A stretch of DNA of 64,000 bases from Polyangiaceae bacterium (lineage in GTDB: Bacteria; Myxococcota_A; Polyangia; Polyangiales; Polyangiaceae), in NCBI GenBank assembly GCA_965222375.1, contig CBDCTZ010000014.1, positions 320,001 to 384,000 on the forward strand, given 5' to 3'. Below are positions 9,255-17,562 of this stretch, in pieces (the first letter of the stretch is position 1; every line of letters begins with the position of its first letter). The translations under genes were made by a program, and so were the position numbers. Under the pieces are notes generated by a model. That model was not told where the DNA came from. It saw only the letters and a list, made by a program, of their open reading frames with translations, and ran no database searches.

Positions 9255-11885
9255 GTGCCCATACGGAAGGAAACGGCAAAAAAGCGTCGCGGCGCTCGGG
9301 TCGGCGATGGATCTTCGAGAACGTCCGTGCAGGGGCAGTCGAAGGCGAGGTCCCGCAGCTACCGTGACAAACGTGATCCGCTGAAGACCAACGAACCCTT
9401 CGATGCTGAACACGGGCGCAGACCTGGTGCGACGCGAGCCGGGCGCTTTGTGGTGCATGAGCACGGCGCGAGCCGGCGGCATCACGACCTGCGCATCGAG
9501 GTAGGCGGAGTGCTGATGAGCTTCGCGGTTCCGAAGGGGCCGTGCCTGGACCCTGCGGAAAAGCGCTTGGCGGTCAACACCGAGGACCATCCGAAGTCCT
9601 ACCTGGAGTTCGAAGACGTCGTTCCCGAAGGCAACTACGGCGCCGGCGCGATGATCGTGTGGGACCAGGGTCGCGTGAACTATCTAGAGGGCAGTGCAGA
9701 AGACGGAATTGAGCGCGGCAAGATCGACTTCACTCTGTCCGGCTTCAAGCTGAACGGTCGCTTTGGCCTGATTCACACGGGTAGACGCCAGACGAAGAGC
9801 GAAGAAAACCATTGGCTGCTGGTGAAAAAGGAAGACGCGCATTCCAGCGCTGACACGGAGTTCGATCCACGCAGTGTGCTCTCCGGGCTGACTGTGGAAG
9901 AGCTGGCGAAGCGCGACGAGGCCCGAGCGAACGTTTTGCGAAGTGTGGAAGCGACCGGTGCGCCCCAGCGCTTGGTACGAATCGCAGGCCTGGAACCCAT
10001 GTTGTGCGCCACGGAGGGTGCGCGACTGGACGATCCTGAGCGCTACTACGAACTCAAGTTGGATGGCGTTCGCATCGTCGCCGAACGCCATGACCAGTCC
10101 GTGTCACTGCGCTATCGTCACGGTCGCGCTGCGACAGCCAGCTACCCAGAAATCGCTCGAGCGCTGTCGTTTCTACCCGCGGAAGACTTCGTTCTTGATG
10201 GCGAGATAGTCGCTTTCGACGAGGCGGGTCGACCGAGCTTTGGAAGAATTGCACCGCGGATCCATGCGCGGCGCGCTGCAGACGTGGCGCGCGTGAAGAC
10301 CGAAGTGCCCGTCGTGTACTTGGTATTCGACCTGCTTGCGTTGGGGGGACGCGACCTCACCGGGCTCCCCCTGTCGGAACGCAAAGCGCTGCTCGCCACC
10401 CTGGTGCGGGGCAAGGGCTTCATTCGGATGCTCGACCACATCCAAGGGCACGGGGACGCCTTGTACCAGCTGTGCCAGGAACAGGGGCTGGAGGGTATTG
10501 TGGCGAAGAAGGTCGCGGCGCCCTACCGCTTCGGCCCGCAACGCACGGAAGACTGGGTCAAACTCAAATGCGAGCCGGACGATGAGTTCGTCATTGTGGG
10601 ATGGGACAACGGACGCGCAGGAAGGGCCGCTCTTGGCTCGCTGGTCTTGGCCAGCTACGACGGCGACGACTTGGTAGTGCGTGGCAAGGTCGGCAGCGGA
10701 CTTTCCCGAGAGCTGATTGAACAACTCAGCGGACGTTTCGCTTCTCTGGCCCAGAGTGCTCCCACCGCCCAAGGGCACGACCTGCTCGGAGCAGGGCAGT
10801 CGAAAGTGCACCACGTTCGTCCGGAGATCGTCGTCAGCGTGCGCTTCGCGGAATGGACATCTCGTGGCTCTTTGCGTCACCCGGTGCTTCGCGGGCTGCG
10901 GGAAGATGTGGTGCCCCGCGCGTGCCGTGCAGCGCCGCCGCAAGGGGACGACCCGGTGATCGTGGAGCCGGCGACGACGGAGGTGTCCGGCCGAGTCTTC
11001 GTGACCAACCGCGACAAGGTCTTCTTTCCTGAAGATGGCATTACCAAAGGCGAACTCGTGGACTACTACGCGGGGGTATCTCCGGTGATGCTGCCGTTCT
11101 TGAAGGATCGCCCTGTCGTCCTGGTGCGCTACCCGGATGGCATCTACGGAAAGAACTTCTATCAATGGCGCACCCCGGAAGGCACACCGGATTGGATCTG
11201 CACCCTCGAACTGCGGGACGAAGAGGATGTGGATCATCGCGGCGAGAAGTCAGTGTTCCTCGTGGACAACGTGGATGCGCTGGTGCACATCGCGAACCTC
11301 GGAGCCATTCCCATCCACATCTTGGCCAGCCGCAAGCAGGATCTCGGTTGCGGGGACTTCTTCACCATTGATTTCGATGTGAATCTGGCGATGCTGCGTG
11401 ACGCCGTGACGTTGGCCCTGACCTTGCGCGACTTGCTGGAGGATGTCGGACTCGTCGGCTATCCCAAAACCAGCGGCAAAACCGGGCTGCACGTGCTCGT
11501 TCCGGTTGGCCCTGCGGTCCCCTTCGATGTCACCCGAGCCTTGGCGGACCTTTTTGGCGGCTTGCTGGTGGCGGCACATCCGAAGATCGCGACCATGGAG
11601 CGGCGCGTTTCGGATCGGGGCGAGCGGGTGTACGTGGACACGGGCCAAACCGGGCGCAGTCGCACCATTGTGGCTCCCTATTCGGTCAGAGAAATTCAAG
11701 GGGCACGAGTGAGCACGCCATTGGATTGGGCAGAGGTGTCCGCTGCACTAGATCCCGCGTCTTACAACCTGCATACGGTCCCGTTGCGGATGACCGAGCG
11801 GGCAGATCCCATGGCCGACTTCTTTGCGCAGCGTCCGGATGTCGTCGCTGTGCTCGAAGCCCTGGAAGCGAAAGTGCGGGAGTAA
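9255..11885 (+). CDS. ligD: DNA ligase D (phosphoesterase-ligase-polymerase order)
   Basis: FVVHEHGASRRHHDLR/SFAVPKGP (PE domain); ELKLDGVR, DGE, EGIVAK, WVKLK (ligase); ITKGELVDYY, DFD, KTSGKTGLH, VAPYSVR (polymerase). Confidence 0.96.
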   Translation: MPIRKETAKKRRGARVGDGSSRTSVQGQSKARSRSYRDKRDPLKTNEPFDAEHGRRPGATRAGRFVVHEHGASRRHHDLRIEVGGVLMSFAVPKGPCLDPAEKRLAVNTEDHPKSYLEFEDVVPEGNYGAGAMIVWDQGRVNYLEGSAEDGIERGKIDFTLSGFKLNGRFGLIHTGRRQTKSEENHWLLVKKEDAHSSADTEFDPRSVLSGLTVEELAKRDEARANVLRSVEATGAPQRLVRIAGLEPMLCATEGARLDDPERYYELKLDGVRIVAERHDQSVSLRYRHGRAATASYPEIARALSFLPAEDFVLDGEIVAFDEAGRPSFGRIAPRIHARRAADVARVKTEVPVVYLVFDLLALGGRDLTGLPLSERKALLATLVRGKGFIRMLDHIQGHGDALYQLCQEQGLEGIVAKKVAAPYRFGPQRTEDWVKLKCEPDDEFVIVGWDNGRAGRAALGSLVLASYDGDDLVVRGKVGSGLSRELIEQLSGRFASLAQSAPTAQGHDLLGAGQSKVHHVRPEIVVSVRFAEWTSRGSLRHPVLRGLREDVVPRACRAAPPQGDDPVIVEPATTEVSGRVFVTNRDKVFFPEDGITKGELVDYYAGVSPVMLPFLKDRPVVLVRYPDGIYGKNFYQWRTPEGTPDWICTLELRDEEDVDHRGEKSVFLVDNVDALVHIANLGAIPIHILASRKQDLGCGDFFTIDFDVNLAMLRDAVTLALTLRDLLEDVGLVGYPKTSGKTGLHVLVPVGPAVPFDVTRALADLFGGLLVAAHPKIATMERRVSDRGERVYVDTGQTGRSRTIVAPYSVREIQGARVSTPLDWAEVSAALDPASYNLHTVPLRMTERADPMADFFAQRPDVVAVLEALEAKVRE

Positions 11886-11913
11886 GTACCCGCAAGTGCG
11901 CCTCAGCGGCGAC

Positions 11914-12840
11914 TCAGAACGGATTCTTGCAGCTGGTCATCTTCGCGTCGCATTGGCTAGGACCGAATTTGTAGCCCTCCAAGGGTTGGCCCGGCATCGC
12001 CGTGAGGGATGCACTCAGAATCGAGCCTTTGATGTAGCCGCTAGATGGGGGCCCGAACTTTTCGAACGTGAGCGGCGTGCCGTTGCCGCACGCTGCGGGT
12101 AAGTACACAAAAACGGTTTCGGGTTTGGCAGCCAAACCGTAGGTCCCCTTGCCCGTGCAAGGCCACAGGGGAGCGTTCACTGGCAGTTTGGCGCCGTCCA
12201 CGACGTCTACGCTCTGGTCGGCGTTGAAGCGGATCCAAGAATAGTGATTGAGACCGCCGGACCAGCCTATGAGCCAGATCCCCTCCAGCGCGCCGGGTTG
12301 GTATACCGACTTCGGGCCGCAACCCAGATACTTGCCACCGCTACAGGTGCACGAACACGAAGGCTCACAGGGTTCCACGCCGCAGGGGCAGAAACATTTC
12401 TCCGAGAAAACCTGGCAGTCGGCGTTCGCACCCTTGCAGCCGCAATAGTCGAGGCCGATGCAGTTCGCAGCCGTGCCACCCGTGCCGCCACCCGAACCAG
12501 CGATGCCGCCGCTTGCCCCTGAGCCAGCGCTGCCGCCGGTCGCACCCGAGCCGGCGCTGCCGCCGGTCGCACCCGAGCCGGCGCTTCCGCCGCCGCCGCC
12601 AAAGCCAGCACTGCCGCCCCCGGCGCCAAAGCCAGCACTGCCGCCGGCCGCACCCGAACCGGCCGTGCCTCCAGAGGCCCCACCGCTGCCGGCCGACCCA
12701 CTACTGCCCGAAACGTTGCCCGTTCCGCCTGTGCCCGCGCCTGCATCCGTACCGCCCGCGCCGCCATCCCCATCTGTGGACCCGCCGCATGCCGCAAGAG
12801 TGAGCCCCAGTGCCATCGCCCAAAAAAGTCTGTTCGTCAT
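11914..12840 (-). CDS. Gly-rich, Cys-rich lipoprotein
   Basis: Lipobox LAAC, long GGSAGSG repeat linker, Cys cluster, C-terminal domain. Confidence 0.8.
   Translation of the reverse strand: MTNRLFWAMALGLTLAACGGSTDGDGGAGGTDAGAGTGGTGNVSGSSGSAGSGGASGGTAGSGAAGGSAGFGAGGGSAGFGGGGGSAGSGATGGSAGSGATGGSAGSGASGGIAGSGGGTGGTAANCIGLDYCGCKGANADCQVFSEKCFCPCGVEPCEPSCSCTCSGGKYLGCGPKSVYQPGALEGIWLIGWSGGLNHYSWIRFNADQSVDVVDGAKLPVNAPLWPCTGKGTYGLAAKPETVFVYLPAACGNGTPLTFEKFGPPSSGYIKGSILSASLTAMPGQPLEGYKFGPSQCDAKMTSCKNPF
12521..12660 (-). repeat. Imperfect 27-bp coding tandem repeat (GGSAGSGAT / GGSAGFG units)
   Basis: gccgccggtcgcacccgagccggcgct and gccaaagccagcactgccgcc units repeated in tandem. Confidence 0.75.
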
Positions 12841-12928
12841 CGTGTGTCCTCGCGCCCTCGCGCCTTTCGCGCCCGCCAGGCCTAGCGCAAGTTTCGGCTT
12901 GGGGCGAGGCGACCTCGTTCAAAGCGCG

Positions 12929-13279
12929 TCGGGCGAAGGTCGAGGCGTTCCAACCCCACAAATGGGGCTCGGAGTCGTTGAATGCGATGTATGTGCGCTT
13001 GGGAGATACTCCCGTCGCATCGGTCAACGCTTGGCATATTTCCGCGCTGATGGCTTTGGTCTGAGCGTCGGTCATGGTGCCGATGCTCTTGACCTCTACG
13101 AAACAGGTGGGCTCATCAGTCCCTCCGAAGGTCATCACGGCCTCAGGAACCCAACAGGTCATCATGTAGCTCTCGGGCTTTCCGAGAAGTGCAGCGAGCT
13201 TTTTGCTGAGTTCACTGAGAACGCTGCGCTGAACTTCCCCAGTTGGCGGGTGACTGGCAGTGACCTTGAGCAGTGGCAT
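12929..13279 (-). CDS. MIF/phenylpyruvate tautomerase family protein; the expected stop reads CGA, so the ORF runs on to 12701
   Basis: Pro-1 after Met, GKPESYMM, MTFGGT.EP, VKSIG and WGWNASTF end motif. Homology ends at about 116 aa. Confidence 0.85.
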
Positions 13280-13358
13280 GAGTGCAGTCTCGCGCGGCGT
13301 GCTTGATTCGTAAAACGGTTTTTGGTGGGAGCGCGCATCTCTGGCGCAGGCGGGGGCA

Positions 13359-13682
13359 CTACTCTCGCGCGTTGGCCGCTGGCTCGAACCACTCGAGCCA
13401 GCCTCCTGCCACCATCAGGAGGCGACTTGCGTCGAGTTCGTAGATTCGTTGTCGTCCGTCCTTGTGAACCCTGACCAAGCCGGCGTCTTCGAGGGTGCGA
13501 AGGTGCCGCGTCGTGGTGGGCCAGGAGCAGGAGAAGCGAGCCGCGATATCGCCAGCGGTCATCTGCCCACCGCGGAACTTCAAAGTCAGCAGGATGTGCC
13601 GACGCTGTTCGTGAGCAAGGGCCGCAAATACGGCTTCCAGATCGTCGAGCTTGCGCTCGGCCAGGCTAGGAGGCTCAGTCGT
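13359..13682 (-). CDS. ArsR/SmtB family transcriptional regulator (apparent ACG start at 13682)
   Basis: In-frame upstream extension LEAVFAALAHEQRRHILLTL, then MTAGDIAARF..SWPTTTRHLRTLEDAGLV...KDGRQRIY. GGAG lies 7 nt before ACG. Confidence 0.85.
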   Translation of the reverse strand, partial: TTEPPSLAERKLDDLEAVFAALAHEQRRHILLTLKFRGGQMTAGDIAARFSCSWPTTTRHLRTLEDAGLVRVHKDGRQRIYELDASRLLMVAGGWLEWFEPAANARE

Positions 13683-13995
13683 GGATCTGCTCCACGCTTG
13701 GAAATTCCATTTCAGTGCAGCAGTTGCCCATGGGCTCCCACACCGCAGCGACCTCTGGCAGGGAGTGGGCGCGGTTCATCGCTGCTGCGTCCTTCCACGG
13801 GAACGTCTCCACGTAGAAGATCCGGCCGTCCTTGGTCTCACCTCGGAAAATGAGATGAGGAGGATCTTGCAGTACGAGACCGAGGCGCTCGAAAGTCGGC
13901 CAGTGCTTCGCCAGTAGCTCTCGGAATTCGGCTTCCTTCTCTGGCCGAACCCAATAGCGACACAGAGTGATGCTGGATCCAGTTGAATTGCTCAT
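13675..13995 (-). CDS. Small dimeric alpha+beta barrel (ABM-like) protein
   Basis: YWVRPEKEAEF...YVETFPWKDAAA...H pattern typical of ABM/NIPSNAP-like folds; 106 aa. Confidence 0.6.
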   Translation of the reverse strand: MSNSTGSSITLCRYWVRPEKEAEFRELLAKHWPTFERLGLVLQDPPHLIFRGETKDGRIFYVETFPWKDAAAMNRAHSLPEVAAVWEPMGNCCTEMEFPSVEQIHD

Positions 13996-14000
13996 TTGAG

Positions 14001-14024
14001 TTACTTAGCAGAAATGCTAAGTAA
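14001..14024. promoter_or_regulatory. Perfect 10-4-10 inverted repeat, probable ArsR operator
   Basis: TTACTTAGCA-GAAA-TGCTAAGTAA, 5 bp upstream of the first start codon of the ABM-ArsR unit. Confidence 0.8.
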
Positions 14025-14139
14025 TGGCCAAGGCGAGATTAGGGCACTTCCATGCCCCAGAACCACGACCCCCAATCCCAACCCATCCCCCGAGACCCGA
14101 CGCCGCTCTCAGTTCGGCCGCAAGCGCGTGGTGGCGAGT

Positions 14140-14682
14140 CTATTCTTTGGCCCAGGCGCTTCCGTTCCAGACGTAGTTTTCCGAATAGTTTTCGTCGTCC
14201 GCGGGCGCGACCTTGCGTGAGATGCTCGAACCATCGAAGGTCCACTTTTCGTCCCACTTGTCGTTCCGATTCAAATCGACCTTGGCACGGTTCATCGTGG
14301 AGTTGCCGCTGTCTTGGTAGACGTTGACCTTGTACGGGCGCCCCTTCGTCACGTCCTTGAGCTTCTTGCTCCCGAGATCTTTGCCCGCCCAGCGCATGAC
14401 GGCCTTGTCCACGTCGCGTTCGCTTGGCCCACTGATCGCTGAGGGTTGGTCGGGATTGACTGGCGTTGCGCCAGGGCTCGGGGCCTGTGGAGTAAGTGCA
14501 GGGTTGACTGCCGGCTGCGCGACGGGGTCCGGCTGCGCCGTCGGTTTCAGGGACTCTGCCTCGGTACTCGCTAAAAACAGCCCGCCGACGACTCCTGTTG
14601 CGAGTAGTCCACCAACGACGAGGACCGCCGCCAGGCCGGCCAAAAGCAAAAAGTGTTTGCGCTTCATACGACCGGCTAGCAT
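14140..14682 (-). CDS. Membrane-anchored hypothetical protein (last gene of the radical SAM operon)
   Basis: N-terminal hydrophobic helix, Pro-rich linker, small beta domain with DLNRNDKWDE (Dx[DN]xD-like loop). Confidence 0.75.
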   Translation of the reverse strand: MLAGRMKRKHFLLLAGLAAVLVVGGLLATGVVGGLFLASTEAESLKPTAQPDPVAQPAVNPALTPQAPSPGATPVNPDQPSAISGPSERDVDKAVMRWAGKDLGSKKLKDVTKGRPYKVNVYQDSGNSTMNRAKVDLNRNDKWDEKWTFDGSSISRKVAPADDENYSENYVWNGSAWAKE

Positions 14683-15584
14683 GACGATGCGTCTCCTCGA
14701 TCCTTGGCGGCAGAGGGACGAGCTGTCGATCTGCTCGCCGCGGTGTGGTTCTTGGTGTCGACCATGCCGCGCTGCTGCGGCACGGTGCAGTTGCAGTAAC
14801 GATAGCTGCAGGGGTCTGGCCCCTGGAGTAGCTGGAAGCTACCGTCCAACAGATTGCCCAGGCGCTGTTTTCGGTAGCGCCGGGCCGGGTAGCAGCGAAA
14901 CGCGTTGCCCTTGTGATCCACGATGAAGTAGCGCGCACCTGCCCAGCAAGAGCGGCCCTTGAAGCACGGGTCGATTTGCCCAGTTCCGTTGTGCCCCCCC
15001 AGCTGAATCAGTTGCTCCCGCTCCTCATGATTGTAGTCGATGACGTCCCGGTCTTGCTTTTCGGGCTGCACCTTGAAGGCAATGTCTTCAGCCGCGAACA
15101 TCGCCGACAGCTGCGTCAGGCGCGGGAGATTCTTCCGAGTCGCCACACAGGTAATGCAGATGCTCCCCGCGTGTTCGCTTCGCACCAGCTGGACGCGCTG
15201 TAGGAACGAGCTGGGCTCGACGTACTCCAAGTGCAGAGACGCCGAGATGATGCCAGGACGGCTCCTTGTGAGCCGAGCGAATTCGATCAACTCCTCGATC
15301 TGGGAAGCGAAGTTGGTCACGACGCTTACACGACGGCCGGCGCCGTTGAGAGCCGCCACGGCGCTGAGGAAGCCCGGATGTCGGAAGGGTTCGCCGCCCG
15401 AGAGCTTGACTTCCCAATCCCCTGGCAGCGCGTTGAAGGCGTCGATGAACTGCGGCAGGTCCCGCGCCCAGGCCGCGCGGTCTTCCATGAATCGTTGAGT
15501 ACAGTAGCTGCAGCGGTAGTTGCAGCTCGTGTTCATGTTCCAGGACACGACTCCCTCGATGGGGTAGGGCGTCGCGACTGTCAC
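14676..15584 (-). CDS. Radical SAM protein with C-terminal auxiliary Cys cluster (rSAM-1)
   Basis: CNYRCSYC, SGGEP, VVTN; C-terminal CWAG..RC..CSYRYCNC. Confidence 0.92.
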   Translation of the reverse strand: MTVATPYPIEGVVSWNMNTSCNYRCSYCTQRFMEDRAAWARDLPQFIDAFNALPGDWEVKLSGGEPFRHPGFLSAVAALNGAGRRVSVVTNFASQIEELIEFARLTRSRPGIISASLHLEYVEPSSFLQRVQLVRSEHAGSICITCVATRKNLPRLTQLSAMFAAEDIAFKVQPEKQDRDVIDYNHEEREQLIQLGGHNGTGQIDPCFKGRSCWAGARYFIVDHKGNAFRCYPARRYRKQRLGNLLDGSFQLLQGPDPCSYRYCNCTVPQQRGMVDTKNHTAASRSTARPSAAKDRGDASSC

Positions 15585-16471
15585 AACGTCACCGCCGCGG
15601 CTTGTGTGGTCTTGGCGTCGTCGTCGCTGGCCCCTACGCCTTCGATCATGCCCCGGTTAGCAGGAACAGTGCAGGGGCAGATCTGGTAGGGGCATGCGGA
15701 AGCAGTATTGAATCGCTTCAGTTCAGCTTCGTGCAGGTTGCCCAAGAAGCCCCGCCCGTGCCGCTTGGCGGTTCGGCATGACCACGCACCGCCGTCCTTG
15801 TCCACGACGAAGTAGTCGAGCCCCGCGTAGCACAACTTGCCGAAGTAGGAGGGCGCAACATTGGCCTGTCGGGGTGTGGGTCGCTTTCCAGTCAAAGGCA
15901 GAAGCCGCTCAGGCTTGGCGTAGTCGAAGACCTCACCTTTGACCTTGTACAGCTGGGGGAACCAACGAATGCCCTTGCTCTCGAAGAGCTCCTTGGCTCG
16001 CGCTGCGTCGGATTCGCGCTCCGGCAATACGACCTGGTTGACGACAAAACGCACGCTTGGCTCCAACTCGCCGCAGAACCACTCTGCCTTGTCTGCGAAC
16101 TCCTCGAGAGTCGTGTGCTCGAGATGCAGTGAGGCCGAAAACACCGACAGGCGCCCTCGGGTGACCGCGAGGAAGCCCGAGAGCTCGCGTCGAGTGGATG
16201 AGAAGTTCGTAAGCACACTGATGCGGTGACGGGTGAGACGCATCAACTCGGGAACGACCAGCCTCAGGAATAACGGATGTGCAAAGGCCTCGCCACCGCT
16301 GCACTTGATTTCCCACTGCCCCGGGAGCTGCGCGAAAGTCGAAATCAGTTGCATCAACGCGTGCTCGCTGGGCCTCCCCCGACGGTGGCGTTTGGATTGA
16401 ATGCAGTAGCTGCAGTCGTAGTTGCACGCTCCGGCAACCTGCCACTCGATGGTGGGAGCGCGCTCGGTCAT
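15581..16471 (-). CDS. Radical SAM protein, paralogue of rSAM-1 (rSAM-2)
   Basis: Start ATG 16471 (MTERAPTIEWQ) overlaps the upstream stop. CNYDCSYC, SGGEA, VLTN; CYAG..SC..CPYQICPC. Confidence 0.92.
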   Translation of the reverse strand: MTERAPTIEWQVAGACNYDCSYCIQSKRHRRGRPSEHALMQLISTFAQLPGQWEIKCSGGEAFAHPLFLRLVVPELMRLTRHRISVLTNFSSTRRELSGFLAVTRGRLSVFSASLHLEHTTLEEFADKAEWFCGELEPSVRFVVNQVVLPERESDAARAKELFESKGIRWFPQLYKVKGEVFDYAKPERLLPLTGKRPTPRQANVAPSYFGKLCYAGLDYFVVDKDGGAWSCRTAKRHGRGFLGNLHEAELKRFNTASACPYQICPCTVPANRGMIEGVGASDDDAKTTQAAAVTL

Positions 16472-17562
16472 GGCACCACCCGTAGCCTCAACGGCACTTC
16501 CGCAGCGCCCTGCGCCGCTGGGCTCCTGGGCCTCACGCGCTGTGCCCATTTGACGTTTTGCTCGAACTTCCCGCACTTGTCGCAACCCGGGAAGTAGTCG
16601 CCCCGTGCCAGCCGCTGGCGTAGAGCCTGCCACGTCTTGCCAAACCACAACCGGGATAGGGGTGCTTCGTCGAGGGAGCCCACGCGCACCGCGGTATTGC
16701 AGCAGTACAAGACATCGCCCTCGACGGTGATGCGTGTGTACACGTAGCCCATGTAGCAGCCGACCTCGGCAATGGGCGTGGTTGCCCGGGCACTGTGGCT
16801 TGCCGCTGCAAGCTGGCGCTCAAAGAGCTCTAGATTCGTTTGGACGCCAAGCTCCTCTGCCAGCGCTCGGGCCTCCGGGACCCAGCGCTCTGCCAACTGC
16901 TGTCGTTGTTTCGCGTCGATGCCACAAGCCTCCGTGCCGCCGCCAAGGCTCGCCAGCTTGAAGTTCACGCGCTCGGTGTCGAAGCTCTTGCCGAAACGCA
17001 CCATGTCGCCGAGTTCGTGCGCGTTGTCGCGATTGATCACGTTCACGAAACGTGTCCGGGTGCCGATTTGAGCGAGCACCCGCAAATACCTACACAGGTC
17101 GTTGAAGTGCTGTTCAGTCCAGCCTGGATGAAACGCCATATGCGTCTTGGGTGAGGCCCCATGCACGCCAACCAAGAGCTGATCCACGCTCGCTTGCGCG
17201 AGGCGCTCGATATCGGCGGCCACGAGATTCGTGAGCAGGGCCAAGTGCAGCCCACGTTGCTTCACGTCGGCGATCATCTCGTAGATCTCGGGGTTCACCA
17301 GTGGGTCGCCCATGCCCGAGAGGATTATGGCTGCGACTGAGCCGAAACTGTCCAGGTCCCGCATCAGCCAGCGGAAGCGCTCGAGGTCCATCCGCTGCTT
17401 CTTCCACTGAGTGCTGCGCGGCGTAGCCAACAGCGGTGAGTGATCCCAGCACGTGATGCATGCCGCGTTGCAGGCATTGGTGACGTCCACGTGCACGGTT
17501 AGGGGACCTGTTTTGGGCGTGCCCTCGCGGATCCCGCCGAGGACCTGATCACGGACTTTCAT
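16468..17562 (-). CDS. Radical SAM/SPASM-Twitch domain protein (rSAM-3)
   Basis: CNAACITC, SGMGDP, LLTN; CYMG..GDVLYCC...VGSL...LW...CDKC. Confidence 0.92.
   Translation of the reverse strand: MKVRDQVLGGIREGTPKTGPLTVHVDVTNACNAACITCWDHSPLLATPRSTQWKKQRMDLERFRWLMRDLDSFGSVAAIILSGMGDPLVNPEIYEMIADVKQRGLHLALLTNLVAADIERLAQASVDQLLVGVHGASPKTHMAFHPGWTEQHFNDLCRYLRVLAQIGTRTRFVNVINRDNAHELGDMVRFGKSFDTERVNFKLASLGGGTEACGIDAKQRQQLAERWVPEARALAEELGVQTNLELFERQLAAASHSARATTPIAEVGCYMGYVYTRITVEGDVLYCCNTAVRVGSLDEAPLSRLWFGKTWQALRQRLARGDYFPGCDKCGKFEQNVKWAQRVRPRSPAAQGAAEVPLRLRVVP

Noticed and set aside
12458..13306. Pro-rich plus-strand ORFs (also 23580-24272 and 46685-47002)
   Set aside because: Antisense mirrors of Gly-rich linkers in real minus-strand genes.
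14676..16471. Calling the radical SAM pair prokaryotic viperins
   Set aside because: Similarity is limited to generic N-terminal motifs, and the Cys-rich auxiliary C-terminus is not a viperin feature; kept only as a hypothesis.
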